A stretch of DNA of 32,000 bases. Source: Pseudidiomarina andamanensis. Lineage in GTDB: Bacteria; Pseudomonadota; Gammaproteobacteria; Enterobacterales; Alteromonadaceae. A model generated the notes under the pieces. It was not told the origin of the DNA. It did no database searches and saw only the letters and a program-made list of their open reading frames with translations. Below are positions 17,790-25,818 of the stretch, piece after piece; position 1 is the first letter of the stretch, and each line of letters opens with the position of its first letter. Position numbers and translations under genes: made by a program. The stretch spans positions 1,860,001 to 1,892,000 of the forward strand of contig NZ_CP032551.1 in NCBI RefSeq assembly GCF_009734345.1, written 5' to 3'.

Positions 17790-18188
17790 ATGTACGGTAT
17801 GCGTGGTGCAGCAGCTTATGGTCGTGTGGATGTCGAGAGTCATGTGCTTTCAGCAAGCCCGCACAAACTCATTGCAATGTTGTTTGACGGCGTTGAGAAA
17901 CAGATTAAAGCGGCGAAGTTGCATATGCAGAACGGCAATGCTTCAGAGAAAGGCAGCGCCATCGCCAAGGCAACCGATATCGTGCACATGGGTTTAATCG
18001 CTGCGCTAGATAAAGAAAAAGGTGGCGAATTAGCTGAACGCTTAGAGTCTATTTACTTATACGTGAGTGAACTCTTATTGAAAGCGAACTTGAAGAACGA
18101 TATCGCCAAATTAGATGAAGCGGCAGAGCTACTGGAGCAAATTGGTTCTGCTTGGAAAGAGATTCAACCACAGGTTGAAAGGGCGTAA
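17790..18188 (+). CDS. fliS: Flagellin-specific chaperone FliS
   Basis: 132 aa. AYGRVDVESHVLSASPHKLIAMLFDGV...IYLYVSELLLKANL is typical of FliS. Confidence 0.9.
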   Translation: MYGMRGAAAYGRVDVESHVLSASPHKLIAMLFDGVEKQIKAAKLHMQNGNASEKGSAIAKATDIVHMGLIAALDKEKGGELAERLESIYLYVSELLLKANLKNDIAKLDEAAELLEQIGSAWKEIQPQVERA

Positions 18189-18250
18189 GGCACGTGGCCG
18201 CGCAACCACAATTAAAACGTGACTATTTAATGTCGCCGACGGAGGTCATT

Positions 18251-18553
18251 ATGTCGTATCAGACGCTACTGGAACATTCGAACAGAATGCTCGCCAGTGT
18301 GCGCAACGAAGACTGGGAAGCCTTAATTGAAACGGAAGTAGAGTACGTTCGTGAGGTTGAAAAGTTGAGCCACGCCGAAGCCGGAGTTGAGTTGTCTGAG
18401 GACCAGCAACTTAGCAAATTACAACTTTTGAGCACCATCATGGATCAAGATCGCGAGATTCGGGAGCGGTTAGTCGCGCGTCGCACCATGTTGGAGCAGA
18501 CGTTGCTCAGCATGCAGAAAAAGCAAAAGCTCGAGCATACCTATAGCAGTTGA
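18251..18553 (+). CDS. fliT: FliT-like flagellar chaperone
   Basis: 100 aa counted from ATG 18251 (GGAGG 5 nt upstream). SYQTLLEHSNRMLASVRNEDWEALIETEVEYVREVEKL parallels the enteric FliT N-terminal helices. It lies after fliS. Confidence 0.7.
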   Translation: MSYQTLLEHSNRMLASVRNEDWEALIETEVEYVREVEKLSHAEAGVELSEDQQLSKLQLLSTIMDQDREIRERLVARRTMLEQTLLSMQKKQKLEHTYSS

Positions 18554-19377
18554 GTAGCATAACTCCCCTGTTGGATACCTTGGTCCACCAAGTTGCCAAG
18601 CAACGTTCAACGGTGGACCTCCTACCTCGCCACACCTTGCCAGTGGCACCCATTCAAGCAACCGCAAGTACCACTGAATTTAGCCAGGCCGGTCAACAAA
18701 TCGCTAGGCTAATTCAATTAATTCAGTCGTTTCAGCAACAATTGCCGCAGCCTATGCAGTCTTCTCAGCAACACATGGGGGGGCATATCAAACCGAATGC
18801 ACCGTTATTTCCAGCGTCAACGCAGCTCGACACACTGACGCTGATGGGGCGATTGCAGACAATTGTGAAAGACTCAGGATTATTTTACGAAGCGTTATTA
18901 GCCCGCTGGGCCGCTGAGAAAATCCCATTCATGCAGGTACGCCAGCAACCACATAATCTTGGTCAATTTCGAGCAAACTCACCACAAATACAAACAATTT
19001 TAGGTCAACAACTCGAGTTACTTAATTCAGGTATCATTCGCATAGACACTGAATTGTGGCCACAAGCGCATTTGCAGTGGTTGGTGCAGCCTGATGTGAA
19101 TCCTCTGGTACAACGCTGGCGCGATGAACAACGTCGTAAACAAGGAGAAGAACCAGAGCCGCCGGCGTGGACAAGTGAATTGAAGCTAACGTTGCCGCAG
19201 GTGGGAGAGATACGCGCTCAGATGCGGTTGTCACAAAAGCATCTCACAATGCAGTTACAATGCGCGGAGCCATTGGTTGCATCATTGCAAGAAGCTACGA
19301 CGCGATTAATGACGCGGTTGCGGTTGGGAGCTGGCGTAGAAATAGACAATATTCCTGTTTCGAGGTTACCGCAATGA
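18550..19377 (+). CDS. FliK-C-terminal-domain-like protein (275 aa), function unknown
   Basis: Residues ~207-268 (WTSELKLTLPQVGEIRAQMRLSQKHLTMQLQCAEPLVASLQEATTRLMTRLRLGAGVEI) follow the Flg_hook pattern seen in the genuine FliK of this window. The middle contains SGLFYEALLARW. The only start available near the 5' end is a TTG that overlaps the fliT stop (TTGA), so the start is uncertain. Confidence 0.6.
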   Translation: MSSITPLLDTLVHQVAKQRSTVDLLPRHTLPVAPIQATASTTEFSQAGQQIARLIQLIQSFQQQLPQPMQSSQQHMGGHIKPNAPLFPASTQLDTLTLMGRLQTIVKDSGLFYEALLARWAAEKIPFMQVRQQPHNLGQFRANSPQIQTILGQQLELLNSGIIRIDTELWPQAHLQWLVQPDVNPLVQRWRDEQRRKQGEEPEPPAWTSELKLTLPQVGEIRAQMRLSQKHLTMQLQCAEPLVASLQEATTRLMTRLRLGAGVEIDNIPVSRLPQ

Positions 19378-19643
19378 GCGATGACAATTCCAAAGACAAA
19401 AAAGCGGTTGCTTTGCGTTATAAAGAGTTCGAACCTGCGCCAATAGTTGTCGCAAAAGGTGAAGGATTGATCGCGGATAAGATCATTGCCTTGGCAAACG
19501 AACATCATGTGTTTGTGCATGATTCACCAGAATTGGTCGATCTTTTGTCGCAAATTGATCTCGATGAGTATGTACCGCAAACGCTTTGGTTAGTTGTTGC
19601 AGAGTTGTTGATATGGGCAAAGTCGGTGGAAGCAAGCCACTGA
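19374..19643 (+). CDS. Stand-alone FlhB C-terminal (post-cleavage) domain-like protein, 89 aa
   Basis: KKAVALRYKEFEPAPIVVAKGEGLIADKIIALANEHHVFVHDSPELVDLLSQIDLDEYVPQTLWLVVAELLIWA aligns with FlhB of this window directly after its NPTH site (YAVALKYDDSNMGAPRVVAKGTDLVAQRIRELGDEHQVPRLEAPPLARALHMHVDLGHEIPAPLYTAVAEVLAWA). It has no TM segments and no NPTH. The ATG overlaps the upstream stop (ATGA). Confidence 0.8.
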   Translation: MSDDNSKDKKAVALRYKEFEPAPIVVAKGEGLIADKIIALANEHHVFVHDSPELVDLLSQIDLDEYVPQTLWLVVAELLIWAKSVEASH

Positions 19644-19706
19644 TTAACCGTTTTTCACTGCAGTTAGAAAAACAAAAATGCAACATAATATTATGAAGTG
19701 TAGACT

Positions 19707-19724
19707 GTAAAGATTGATCTTTAC
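19707..19724. promoter_or_regulatory. Perfect 18-bp palindrome GTAAAGAT-TG-ATCTTTAC upstream of flhD (candidate operator)
   Basis: Read directly, 80 nt upstream of the flhD ATG in an AT-rich region. It contains a central GATC. Confidence 0.4.
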
Positions 19725-19803
19725 TATTGACTAACAGTGTTAAATTTTGCTAAAGATCGCATCAAGAATCAAAAACAATCAGCAGTGTTGGAGAAATGCT
19801 CCC

Positions 19804-20103
19804 ATGAGTCACAGCAAGACTATTTCTGAACTTCAGGAATTAAACCTCAGTTATCTGATGTTGGTTCAGAAATTAATCGTCGAAGATCGCGATACCGCAA
19901 TTTTCCGATTAAAAATCGACGATGAATTAGCTGATCTCATTGCTGATATGTCCGCGAAAGAATTAACCATGTTGGCGCGCCAACCACAAAGCCTTTTACA
20001 ACCTAATTTGGGTCCGGTAAGTCAGTTGAAAGCAATTTTGACAAACAAACGGGATACCGGAATGCAGGCAACTCATTTAGCGATGTACATGGCGTCAGCT
20101 TAA
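19804..20103 (+). CDS. flhD: Flagellar master regulator subunit FlhD
   Basis: 99 aa counted from ATG 19804 (GGAGA 9 nt upstream). TISELQELNLSYLMLVQKLIVEDRDTAIFRLKIDDE matches the enteric FlhD N-terminal region (...NLSYLLLAQRLI...MFRLGI...). Confidence 0.9.
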   Translation: MSHSKTISELQELNLSYLMLVQKLIVEDRDTAIFRLKIDDELADLIADMSAKELTMLARQPQSLLQPNLGPVSQLKAILTNKRDTGMQATHLAMYMASA

Positions 20104-20123
20104 ATATGAAAGAAGAGTCATAG

Positions 20124-20669
20124 ATGACCGCCAAAAAACTTCTTGAAGAACTCAACCAAGTGCAGCTTGCAATAGAGCTCATTGAACTTGGTGCGCGCTT
20201 GCAAGTTCTGGAGTCTGAGGTGAGTTTAAATCGCGGCCGTTTGGTAAGGTTGTATAAAGAAGTGTCGGGTAAATCTCCGCCCAAAGGGATGCTGCCATTT
20301 TCAACCGATTGGTTCATGACCTGGCAGCCGAACGTGCACTCATCGTTCTTCTATAATATTTACTCAAAGTTGCGTGAAGGGCAGAGATTAGAGCGCATGC
20401 AGGCCTTTATTAAGGCCTACAAACTCTACCAAGAACATATCCAATTAAGCGGCGAAGAAGAAGTTTTAGCTTTAACGAGAGCTTGGACGCTTGTACGCTT
20501 TTTTGAAAGTGATATGTTCCAGTTGTCTAAATGCACCTGCTGCGGGCTTCAATTCGTCAATCACGCCCACACACCAGACGCCGATTATGTTTGCGGTGTT
20601 TGCCAACCGCCGTCGCGCGCAGGAAAACCACTCAAACAAAAAACCTTAAAAATTCGAAAAGAAATTTAA
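20124..20669 (+). CDS. flhC: Flagellar master regulator subunit FlhC
   Basis: 181 aa with LGARLQVLESE, PPKGMLPFSTDWFMTW, LTRAWTLVRFFES and the four-Cys zinc site CTCC...CGVCQPPSRA. Confidence 0.95.
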   Translation: MTAKKLLEELNQVQLAIELIELGARLQVLESEVSLNRGRLVRLYKEVSGKSPPKGMLPFSTDWFMTWQPNVHSSFFYNIYSKLREGQRLERMQAFIKAYKLYQEHIQLSGEEEVLALTRAWTLVRFFESDMFQLSKCTCCGLQFVNHAHTPDADYVCGVCQPPSRAGKPLKQKTLKIRKEI

Positions 20670-20692
20670 GTCTCCCTCTGACGCGCCGATAA
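20666..20692 (+). promoter_or_regulatory. sigma28 promoter of motAB
   Basis: TTAAGTCT-ccctctgacgc-GCCGATAA, with a perfect -10 box and 6/8 match in the -35 box. It overlaps the flhC stop and ends 36 nt upstream of the motA GTG. Confidence 0.65.
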
Positions 20693-20728
20693 AGTTTTTA
20701 GATGTGTTTATAGAAAAAGGAAGCGGCC

Positions 20729-21592
20729 GTGTTAATAGCGATCGGTTTTGTTGTGGTGTTATTGTCCGTGTTTGGCGGCTTCGTGTTAGCCGGTGGTGCG
20801 CTGGGCCCTATTTTCCAACCGCTCGAGTTATTGATTATAGGTGGCGCCGGAATAGGCTCGTTTATTGCGGCGAATAACGGTAAAGCTATTAAGGCTACGT
20901 TGCAATCAGTCAAGCGGTTTAAGCGCTCTACCCAGTACAATAGCGAAACCTACCTAGAACTCCTTGCGGTTATTTACAAATTGCTCAATAAAATGCGTCG
21001 CGACGGTATGTTGGCTGTTGAACGAGATATTGAGAATCCAGAAGAGAGTGCGATTTTCCAAGAGCATCCAGACGTTCTTGAAGACACCATGATGCTGAAT
21101 TTTATTGCCGATTATCTACGCCTCATGATCAGTGGCAATATGAATCCGCAAGAACTCGATGAGCTCATGCTGCATGAAATTGAGACTTTTGAGGCCGAAG
21201 CTGAAATACCTGGTGATGCCTTACATAAAGTTGGCGATGCGATGCCGGCATTCGGTATTGTGGCGGCAGTACTTGGTGTTGTTCGAGCACTCAGTACAGC
21301 CGATGTGCCGCCAGATGTTATGGGTACGATGATTGCTCACGCTCTGGTAGGCACGTTCTTAGGTATTTTGTTGGGTTACGGTTTTATTAACCCATTAGCA
21401 AGCCGCGTTGAACGCCAGGTTGCTGAACTCGTGAAAACGTTGCAAGTGATACGCGTCACACTGTTGGCAAGCATGCACGGATACGCACCGCAATTAGCGG
21501 TTGAGTTTGGGCGAAAAGCGTTGCACACCTCTGAGCGACCAACCTTTACTGAACTAGAAGACCATGTTCGTGGCGCCAAAGCGGAGTCGTAG
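20729..21592 (+). CDS. motA: Flagellar stator protein MotA
   Basis: 287 aa with a GTG start after AAGGAAG. It is a 4-TM MotA/TolQ/ExbB-type protein, with ...HALVGTFLGILLGYGFINPLA in the TM3-4 region. Confidence 0.95.
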   Translation: MLIAIGFVVVLLSVFGGFVLAGGALGPIFQPLELLIIGGAGIGSFIAANNGKAIKATLQSVKRFKRSTQYNSETYLELLAVIYKLLNKMRRDGMLAVERDIENPEESAIFQEHPDVLEDTMMLNFIADYLRLMISGNMNPQELDELMLHEIETFEAEAEIPGDALHKVGDAMPAFGIVAAVLGVVRALSTADVPPDVMGTMIAHALVGTFLGILLGYGFINPLASRVERQVAELVKTLQVIRVTLLASMHGYAPQLAVEFGRKALHTSERPTFTELEDHVRGAKAES

Positions 21593-21594
21593 TC

Positions 21595-22533
21595 ATGGCT
21601 GATGAACATCGCCCGATAATCATTCGACGAAAGAAAATTGTCAAAAAGCACCATGGCGGCAGTTGGAAAATTGCGCTTGCGGACTTTATGACGGCGTTAA
21701 TGGCGTTGTTCTTGGTGATGTGGATTTTGTCGATGTCGAGCGAGAAAGATCGCCAAAGCATTTCGGAATATTTCCGTACACCGTTGTTAGTTTCCATGGC
21801 CGGCGGTGAGCGTTCAAGTAACGCAGCAAGCGTGATTCAAGGTGGTGGCGCCGATCCAACCCACATGGAAGGTGAGCAGGCGCGAATTGATTTGCGACGA
21901 GAATCACGCCCATCTGATGTGCGTCGGCATTTTAACGAAATTCGTCGTCGCGTTGAGGCCGCCATTGAGGCGGACCCGGTATTACGTGCTTTGAAAGCGC
22001 AATTACAGTTCGATGTGACCCGTGAGGGCTTGCGGATCATGATGCTAGATACCGAAACAAAACCCATGTTTGAAGTGGGAAGTGACCGTATAGCACCGTA
22101 TATGGAGCGCTTACTCCGAACCTTAGCGCCGTTGCTGAATGAAATTCCGAACGAGGTTACTATCAGTGGCCATACCGATAGCTTGCCTTATGCTGGTGGT
22201 GAGCGTGGCTATAGCAACTGGGAGCTTTCGGCTGATCGTGCCAATGAATCGCGCAAAGCGTTATTAGATGGTGGTTTTGAGCCCGAACGATTATTACTAG
22301 TGATGGGTGCTGCGGATCGAATTCCGCTAGACGGAACCGAGCCTGATGACCCACGTAACCGCAGAATTACGATTGTGGTACATACCTTTGAATCGGCTGA
22401 ATTTATTAAGCGCCAAGGCTTTTTCCCGCAAGATCAACTAGAGCTTGAGGCTAGCCTAGAACCGGATGTGCGACAACTAAACGAAGAATTTCAGCGTGCG
22501 ACCAACGCAACCGACCAAACAAAACAGAAATAA
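21595..22533 (+). CDS. motB: Flagellar stator protein MotB
   Basis: 312 aa. A single TM carries the invariant Asp (WKIALADFMTALMALFLVMW). The C-terminal OmpA-like domain reads ISGHTDSLPY...NWELSADRANESRKAL...NRRITIVV. Confidence 0.9.
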   Translation: MADEHRPIIIRRKKIVKKHHGGSWKIALADFMTALMALFLVMWILSMSSEKDRQSISEYFRTPLLVSMAGGERSSNAASVIQGGGADPTHMEGEQARIDLRRESRPSDVRRHFNEIRRRVEAAIEADPVLRALKAQLQFDVTREGLRIMMLDTETKPMFEVGSDRIAPYMERLLRTLAPLLNEIPNEVTISGHTDSLPYAGGERGYSNWELSADRANESRKALLDGGFEPERLLLVMGAADRIPLDGTEPDDPRNRRITIVVHTFESAEFIKRQGFFPQDQLELEASLEPDVRQLNEEFQRATNATDQTKQK

Positions 22534-22553
22534 GGGGTTCTAACCCCTTTTTT
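22533..22553 (+). terminator. Rho-independent terminator after motB
   Basis: AGGGGTT-CT-AACCCCT followed by TTTTT, starting at the motB stop. Confidence 0.7.
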
Positions 22554-22577
22554 CGGCCCTTCGCTCTTGCTTGTCAT

Positions 22578-22592
22578 CAGCAATAATTGCTG
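22578..22592. promoter_or_regulatory. Perfect palindrome CAGCAAT-A-ATTGCTG abutting the flhB start
   Basis: Read directly. It ends 2 nt before ATG 22595. There is no Shine-Dalgarno sequence between the terminator and the ATG. Confidence 0.35.
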
Positions 22593-22594
22593 TC

Positions 22595-23737
22595 ATGGCA
22601 GAAGAGCAAACAAACGACCAAGAAAAAACAGAGGAACCCTCCGCCCGAAGATTACAAAAATCTCGGGAAGAAGGTCAGGTTGCGCGATCGCGCGAGCTGA
22701 CCACTTTTGTGATCTTATTCGGTGGTGTTCTGGTGCTTTGGGCGTTAGGAAGCACCATGTACCAAAACCTTGGCTTGGTAATGGAGCAGGCTTTTCTCTT
22801 TGAGCGTTTGCAAGTTTCCGAAGCGGGGCCAATGTTGCAAAACGTGCTAGAGCTCGGTCAGTCTGCGCTGTTCTCGCTATTACCGCTGTTTGCCGTGATG
22901 ATGGTTCTGGCTCTAGTTGCTCCAGCGCTACTGGGCGGCTGGGTCGTTTCAGCAAAAGCGATGGCGCCGAAGTTTAGTAAGCTCAACCCAATTAAGGGCT
23001 TAAAACGAGTATTTTCTACTCAGGCGTTAGCAGAACTTGGCAAGGCGATTGCGAAATCGGTGTTGGTTGGCAGTGTGTTGATGCTGTTTTTGTGGGATCA
23101 GAAAGCAAATTTTCTGCGTCTCATGAGCCTTGAGGTAAAACAGGCGCTAGGTGAAGCCATGAGTATGGCTGCGCTCGCCTGCTTTTTAATGATTCTAACC
23201 TTGTTGGTGGTGGTTGCTTTTGATGTTCCGTTTCAGTTATTCACGCACACCAAAAAGCTGCGCATGTCGAAAGATGAATTGAAACGCGAAAACAAAGAAA
23301 CCGAGGGTGATCCGCATGTCAAAGGTAAGATTCGTCAACAACAACAAGCCATGGCTCGTCGTCGCATGATGACCGAAGTACCCAAAGCAGATGTGATTGT
23401 GACCAACCCGACGCATTATGCAGTCGCATTGAAATATGATGATAGTAATATGGGCGCCCCGCGCGTTGTCGCTAAGGGAACCGACCTCGTAGCACAACGT
23501 ATTCGTGAGCTTGGTGACGAGCATCAAGTGCCGCGCTTAGAGGCACCGCCCTTAGCGCGGGCATTGCATATGCATGTTGATTTGGGGCATGAAATTCCTG
23601 CGCCGTTGTATACAGCTGTAGCCGAAGTTTTGGCTTGGGCATTTCAGTTAAAACGAGCTCGTGAGGGGGCTGCGCTGACGCCGCCAACACCAACCAATAT
23701 TTCAGTTCCTGATGATTACGAGGTACCAGCACCATGA
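22595..23737 (+). CDS. flhB: Flagellar export switch protein FlhB
   Basis: 380 aa counted from ATG 22595. It has the N-terminus MAEEQTNDQEKTEEPSARRLQKSREEGQVARSRELTT, four TM segments and the NPTH autocleavage site (nt 23405-23416). The track ORF begins 24 nt earlier at a TTG. Confidence 0.95.
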   Translation: MAEEQTNDQEKTEEPSARRLQKSREEGQVARSRELTTFVILFGGVLVLWALGSTMYQNLGLVMEQAFLFERLQVSEAGPMLQNVLELGQSALFSLLPLFAVMMVLALVAPALLGGWVVSAKAMAPKFSKLNPIKGLKRVFSTQALAELGKAIAKSVLVGSVLMLFLWDQKANFLRLMSLEVKQALGEAMSMAALACFLMILTLLVVVAFDVPFQLFTHTKKLRMSKDELKRENKETEGDPHVKGKIRQQQQAMARRRMMTEVPKADVIVTNPTHYAVALKYDDSNMGAPRVVAKGTDLVAQRIRELGDEHQVPRLEAPPLARALHMHVDLGHEIPAPLYTAVAEVLAWAFQLKRAREGAALTPPTPTNISVPDDYEVPAP

Positions 23738-25818
23738 AGTTAAGCATGAATGCCCTAGCAGGGAGCTTCAGTTCGGCACGCTTACAGGTTTTAGTTGGGC
23801 CAGTACTCATCCTCATGATTTTAGCGATGATGGTGCTGCCGTTACCACCATTTGCACTTGATTTTCTATTCACGTTTAACATTGCGCTGTCGTTAATGGT
23901 TTTGTTGGTGAGCATGTTCACTGAAAAGCCACTTGAGTTTGCTGCTTTTCCAGCGGTTTTGCTGTTTTCGACCCTGCTACGCTTGTCACTGAACGTTGCT
24001 TCAACCCGTGTTGTGTTAATGGAAGGCCACAACGGTGGCGATGCCGCCGGTAAAGTCATTGAGGCGTTCGGACAGTTCTTGGTGGGTGGTAACTTTGCTG
24101 TTGGGTTGGTGGTGTTCTTAATTCTCGTTGTCATCAACTTCATGGTTATTACAAAGGGCGCGGGGCGTATAGCCGAAGTGGGCGCTCGCTTCACGCTTGA
24201 TGCCATGCCCGGTAAGCAAATGGCTATTGATGCTGACTTGAATGCTGGTTTAATTGGCGAAGAAGAAGCGCGTCGTCGTCGTCAAGAAGTCGCACAAGAA
24301 GCAGAATTCTACGGTTCAATGGATGGTGCCAGTAAGTTCGTTCGAGGCGATGCTGTTGCTGGCATGATTATCATGGTGGTCAACATTATTGGTGGCCTAT
24401 TGATAGGTGTTATGCAACACAACATGAGTGCCGGTGCTGCAGCAGAAACTTACGTGTTGTTAACCATCGGTGATGGTTTGGTTGCACAAATTCCTGCCTT
24501 GATCATTTCAACCGCTGCTGGTGTTACGGTTTCTCGCGTAAATACCGAGCAAGATGTGGGGCAGCAGTTAATCAAGCAACTGTTTGTCAGCCCCAAAGTG
24601 TTAATGCTATCAGCCGGCGTCATTGGCATGCTGGGCCTAGTACCGGGAATGCCCAACTTTGTATTCTTGTTGTTTACCGCGATGTTAGGCGGTTTCGCAT
24701 GGTACTTACACAAGCAGCAAACCGCTGAAAAAATGGCTGCAACGCAGTCTGAGCAAGTGGCGCCCGCGCCGTCATTCAGCGCACCAGAAGCCAGTTGGAA
24801 TGACGTTCAGTTGGTTGATACGTTGGGGATGGAAGTTGGCCACCGTTTAATTTCCTTGGTAGATGATACCCAGCAAGGTGAACTACTTGGCCGCATTAAA
24901 AGCGTTCGTAAGAAGTTCGCACAAGAAGTAGGTTTTCTACCACCAGTTGTTCATATTCGCGATAACCTTGAGTTAAACCCCAACACCTACACCATTACCT
25001 TGAAAGGTGGAGAAATTGGGCGCGCCGAAATTTATCCAGATCGCTGGTTAGCGATCAATCCAGGTCAGGTGAGTGGTGAAGTTGAAGGTATCGACACCAC
25101 AGACCCTGCGTTTGGTCTTCCCGCGAAATGGATTAGTCAAGATCAACGCGAACATGCTCAAATCTATGGGTATACAGTTGTTGACGCGAGTACCGTGGTT
25201 GCGACGCATCTTAACCATCTATTGCAACGTTACGCATCTGACTTGCTCGGTCGTCAAGAAGTGCAACAGTTGGTTGATAAACTATCAGAAGAAAACAAAG
25301 GCTTAGTCGAAGATGTGGTGCCAAAATGTGTTACCGTAACCACGTTACAGCGTGTGCTACAAAACTTGCTTGAAGAAGATGTTTCGATTCGCGATTTGCG
25401 CACTATTTTTGATACGTTGGCTGAGTTTGAAGGGCAGCAAGCTGATGCTCATGAATTGACGGCGCGTGTTCGTATTGCTCTTGGTCGAAATATCACGCAG
25501 AAATGGTTTGGTGGCGAGCGCGAATTGCAGGTGATTGGTTTAGATGTTTCGCTGGAAAATATGCTGTCACAAGCGTTGCAACAAAACAGTTCACTGGAAC
25601 CAGGATTAGCGATGACGTTGCAGGAACAAACTCAAAAAGCACTGCGTCAGGCAGAAACGCTGGGCTTGGCACCTGTGTTAGTGGTGCCGCATCAGTTGCG
25701 CCCGTTATTGTCGCATTTCTTACGCCGTCAGCTCCGTGATTTAGTGGTAATATCGCAAGCCGAAATTCCAGATGACAGAACCATTAAAGTAGTCAGTGTT
25801 ATTGGAGGGTCACAATGA
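23734..25818 (+). CDS. flhA: Flagellar export gate protein FlhA
   Basis: 694 aa, FHIPEP family: ...GNFAVGLVVFLILVVINFMVITKGAGRIAEVGARFTLDAMPGKQMAIDADLNAG.... It shares an ATGA overlap with flhB. Confidence 0.97.
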   Translation: MKLSMNALAGSFSSARLQVLVGPVLILMILAMMVLPLPPFALDFLFTFNIALSLMVLLVSMFTEKPLEFAAFPAVLLFSTLLRLSLNVASTRVVLMEGHNGGDAAGKVIEAFGQFLVGGNFAVGLVVFLILVVINFMVITKGAGRIAEVGARFTLDAMPGKQMAIDADLNAGLIGEEEARRRRQEVAQEAEFYGSMDGASKFVRGDAVAGMIIMVVNIIGGLLIGVMQHNMSAGAAAETYVLLTIGDGLVAQIPALIISTAAGVTVSRVNTEQDVGQQLIKQLFVSPKVLMLSAGVIGMLGLVPGMPNFVFLLFTAMLGGFAWYLHKQQTAEKMAATQSEQVAPAPSFSAPEASWNDVQLVDTLGMEVGHRLISLVDDTQQGELLGRIKSVRKKFAQEVGFLPPVVHIRDNLELNPNTYTITLKGGEIGRAEIYPDRWLAINPGQVSGEVEGIDTTDPAFGLPAKWISQDQREHAQIYGYTVVDASTVVATHLNHLLQRYASDLLGRQEVQQLVDKLSEENKGLVEDVVPKCVTVTTLQRVLQNLLEEDVSIRDLRTIFDTLAEFEGQQADAHELTARVRIALGRNITQKWFGGERELQVIGLDVSLENMLSQALQQNSSLEPGLAMTLQEQTQKALRQAETLGLAPVLVVPHQLRPLLSHFLRRQLRDLVVISQAEIPDDRTIKVVSVIGGSQ

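Noticed and set aside
19650-19673. Hairpin GTTTTTC-N10-GAAAAAC after the FlhB-C-like gene, considered as the fliD-operon terminator
   Set aside because: The stem is AT-rich and is followed by an A-run rather than a T-run on the transcribed strand. It is not a convincing intrinsic terminator, and it may simply be part of the AT-rich flhDC upstream region.
19796-19807. Three-codon uORF ATG-CTC-CCA-TGA whose stop overlaps the flhD ATG
   Set aside because: The only SD (GGAGA, 19790-19794) is 1 nt from this ATG, which is too close, but 9 nt from the flhD ATG. It is most likely coincidental.
23472-24206. 244-aa ORF on the minus strand spanning the flhB/flhA junction
   Set aside because: It is fully antisense to two genes with unmistakable FlhB and FlhA motifs. 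Its translation is low-complexity (T/A/P/K-rich) with no recognisable motif and no RBS context. This is a typical shadow ORF.
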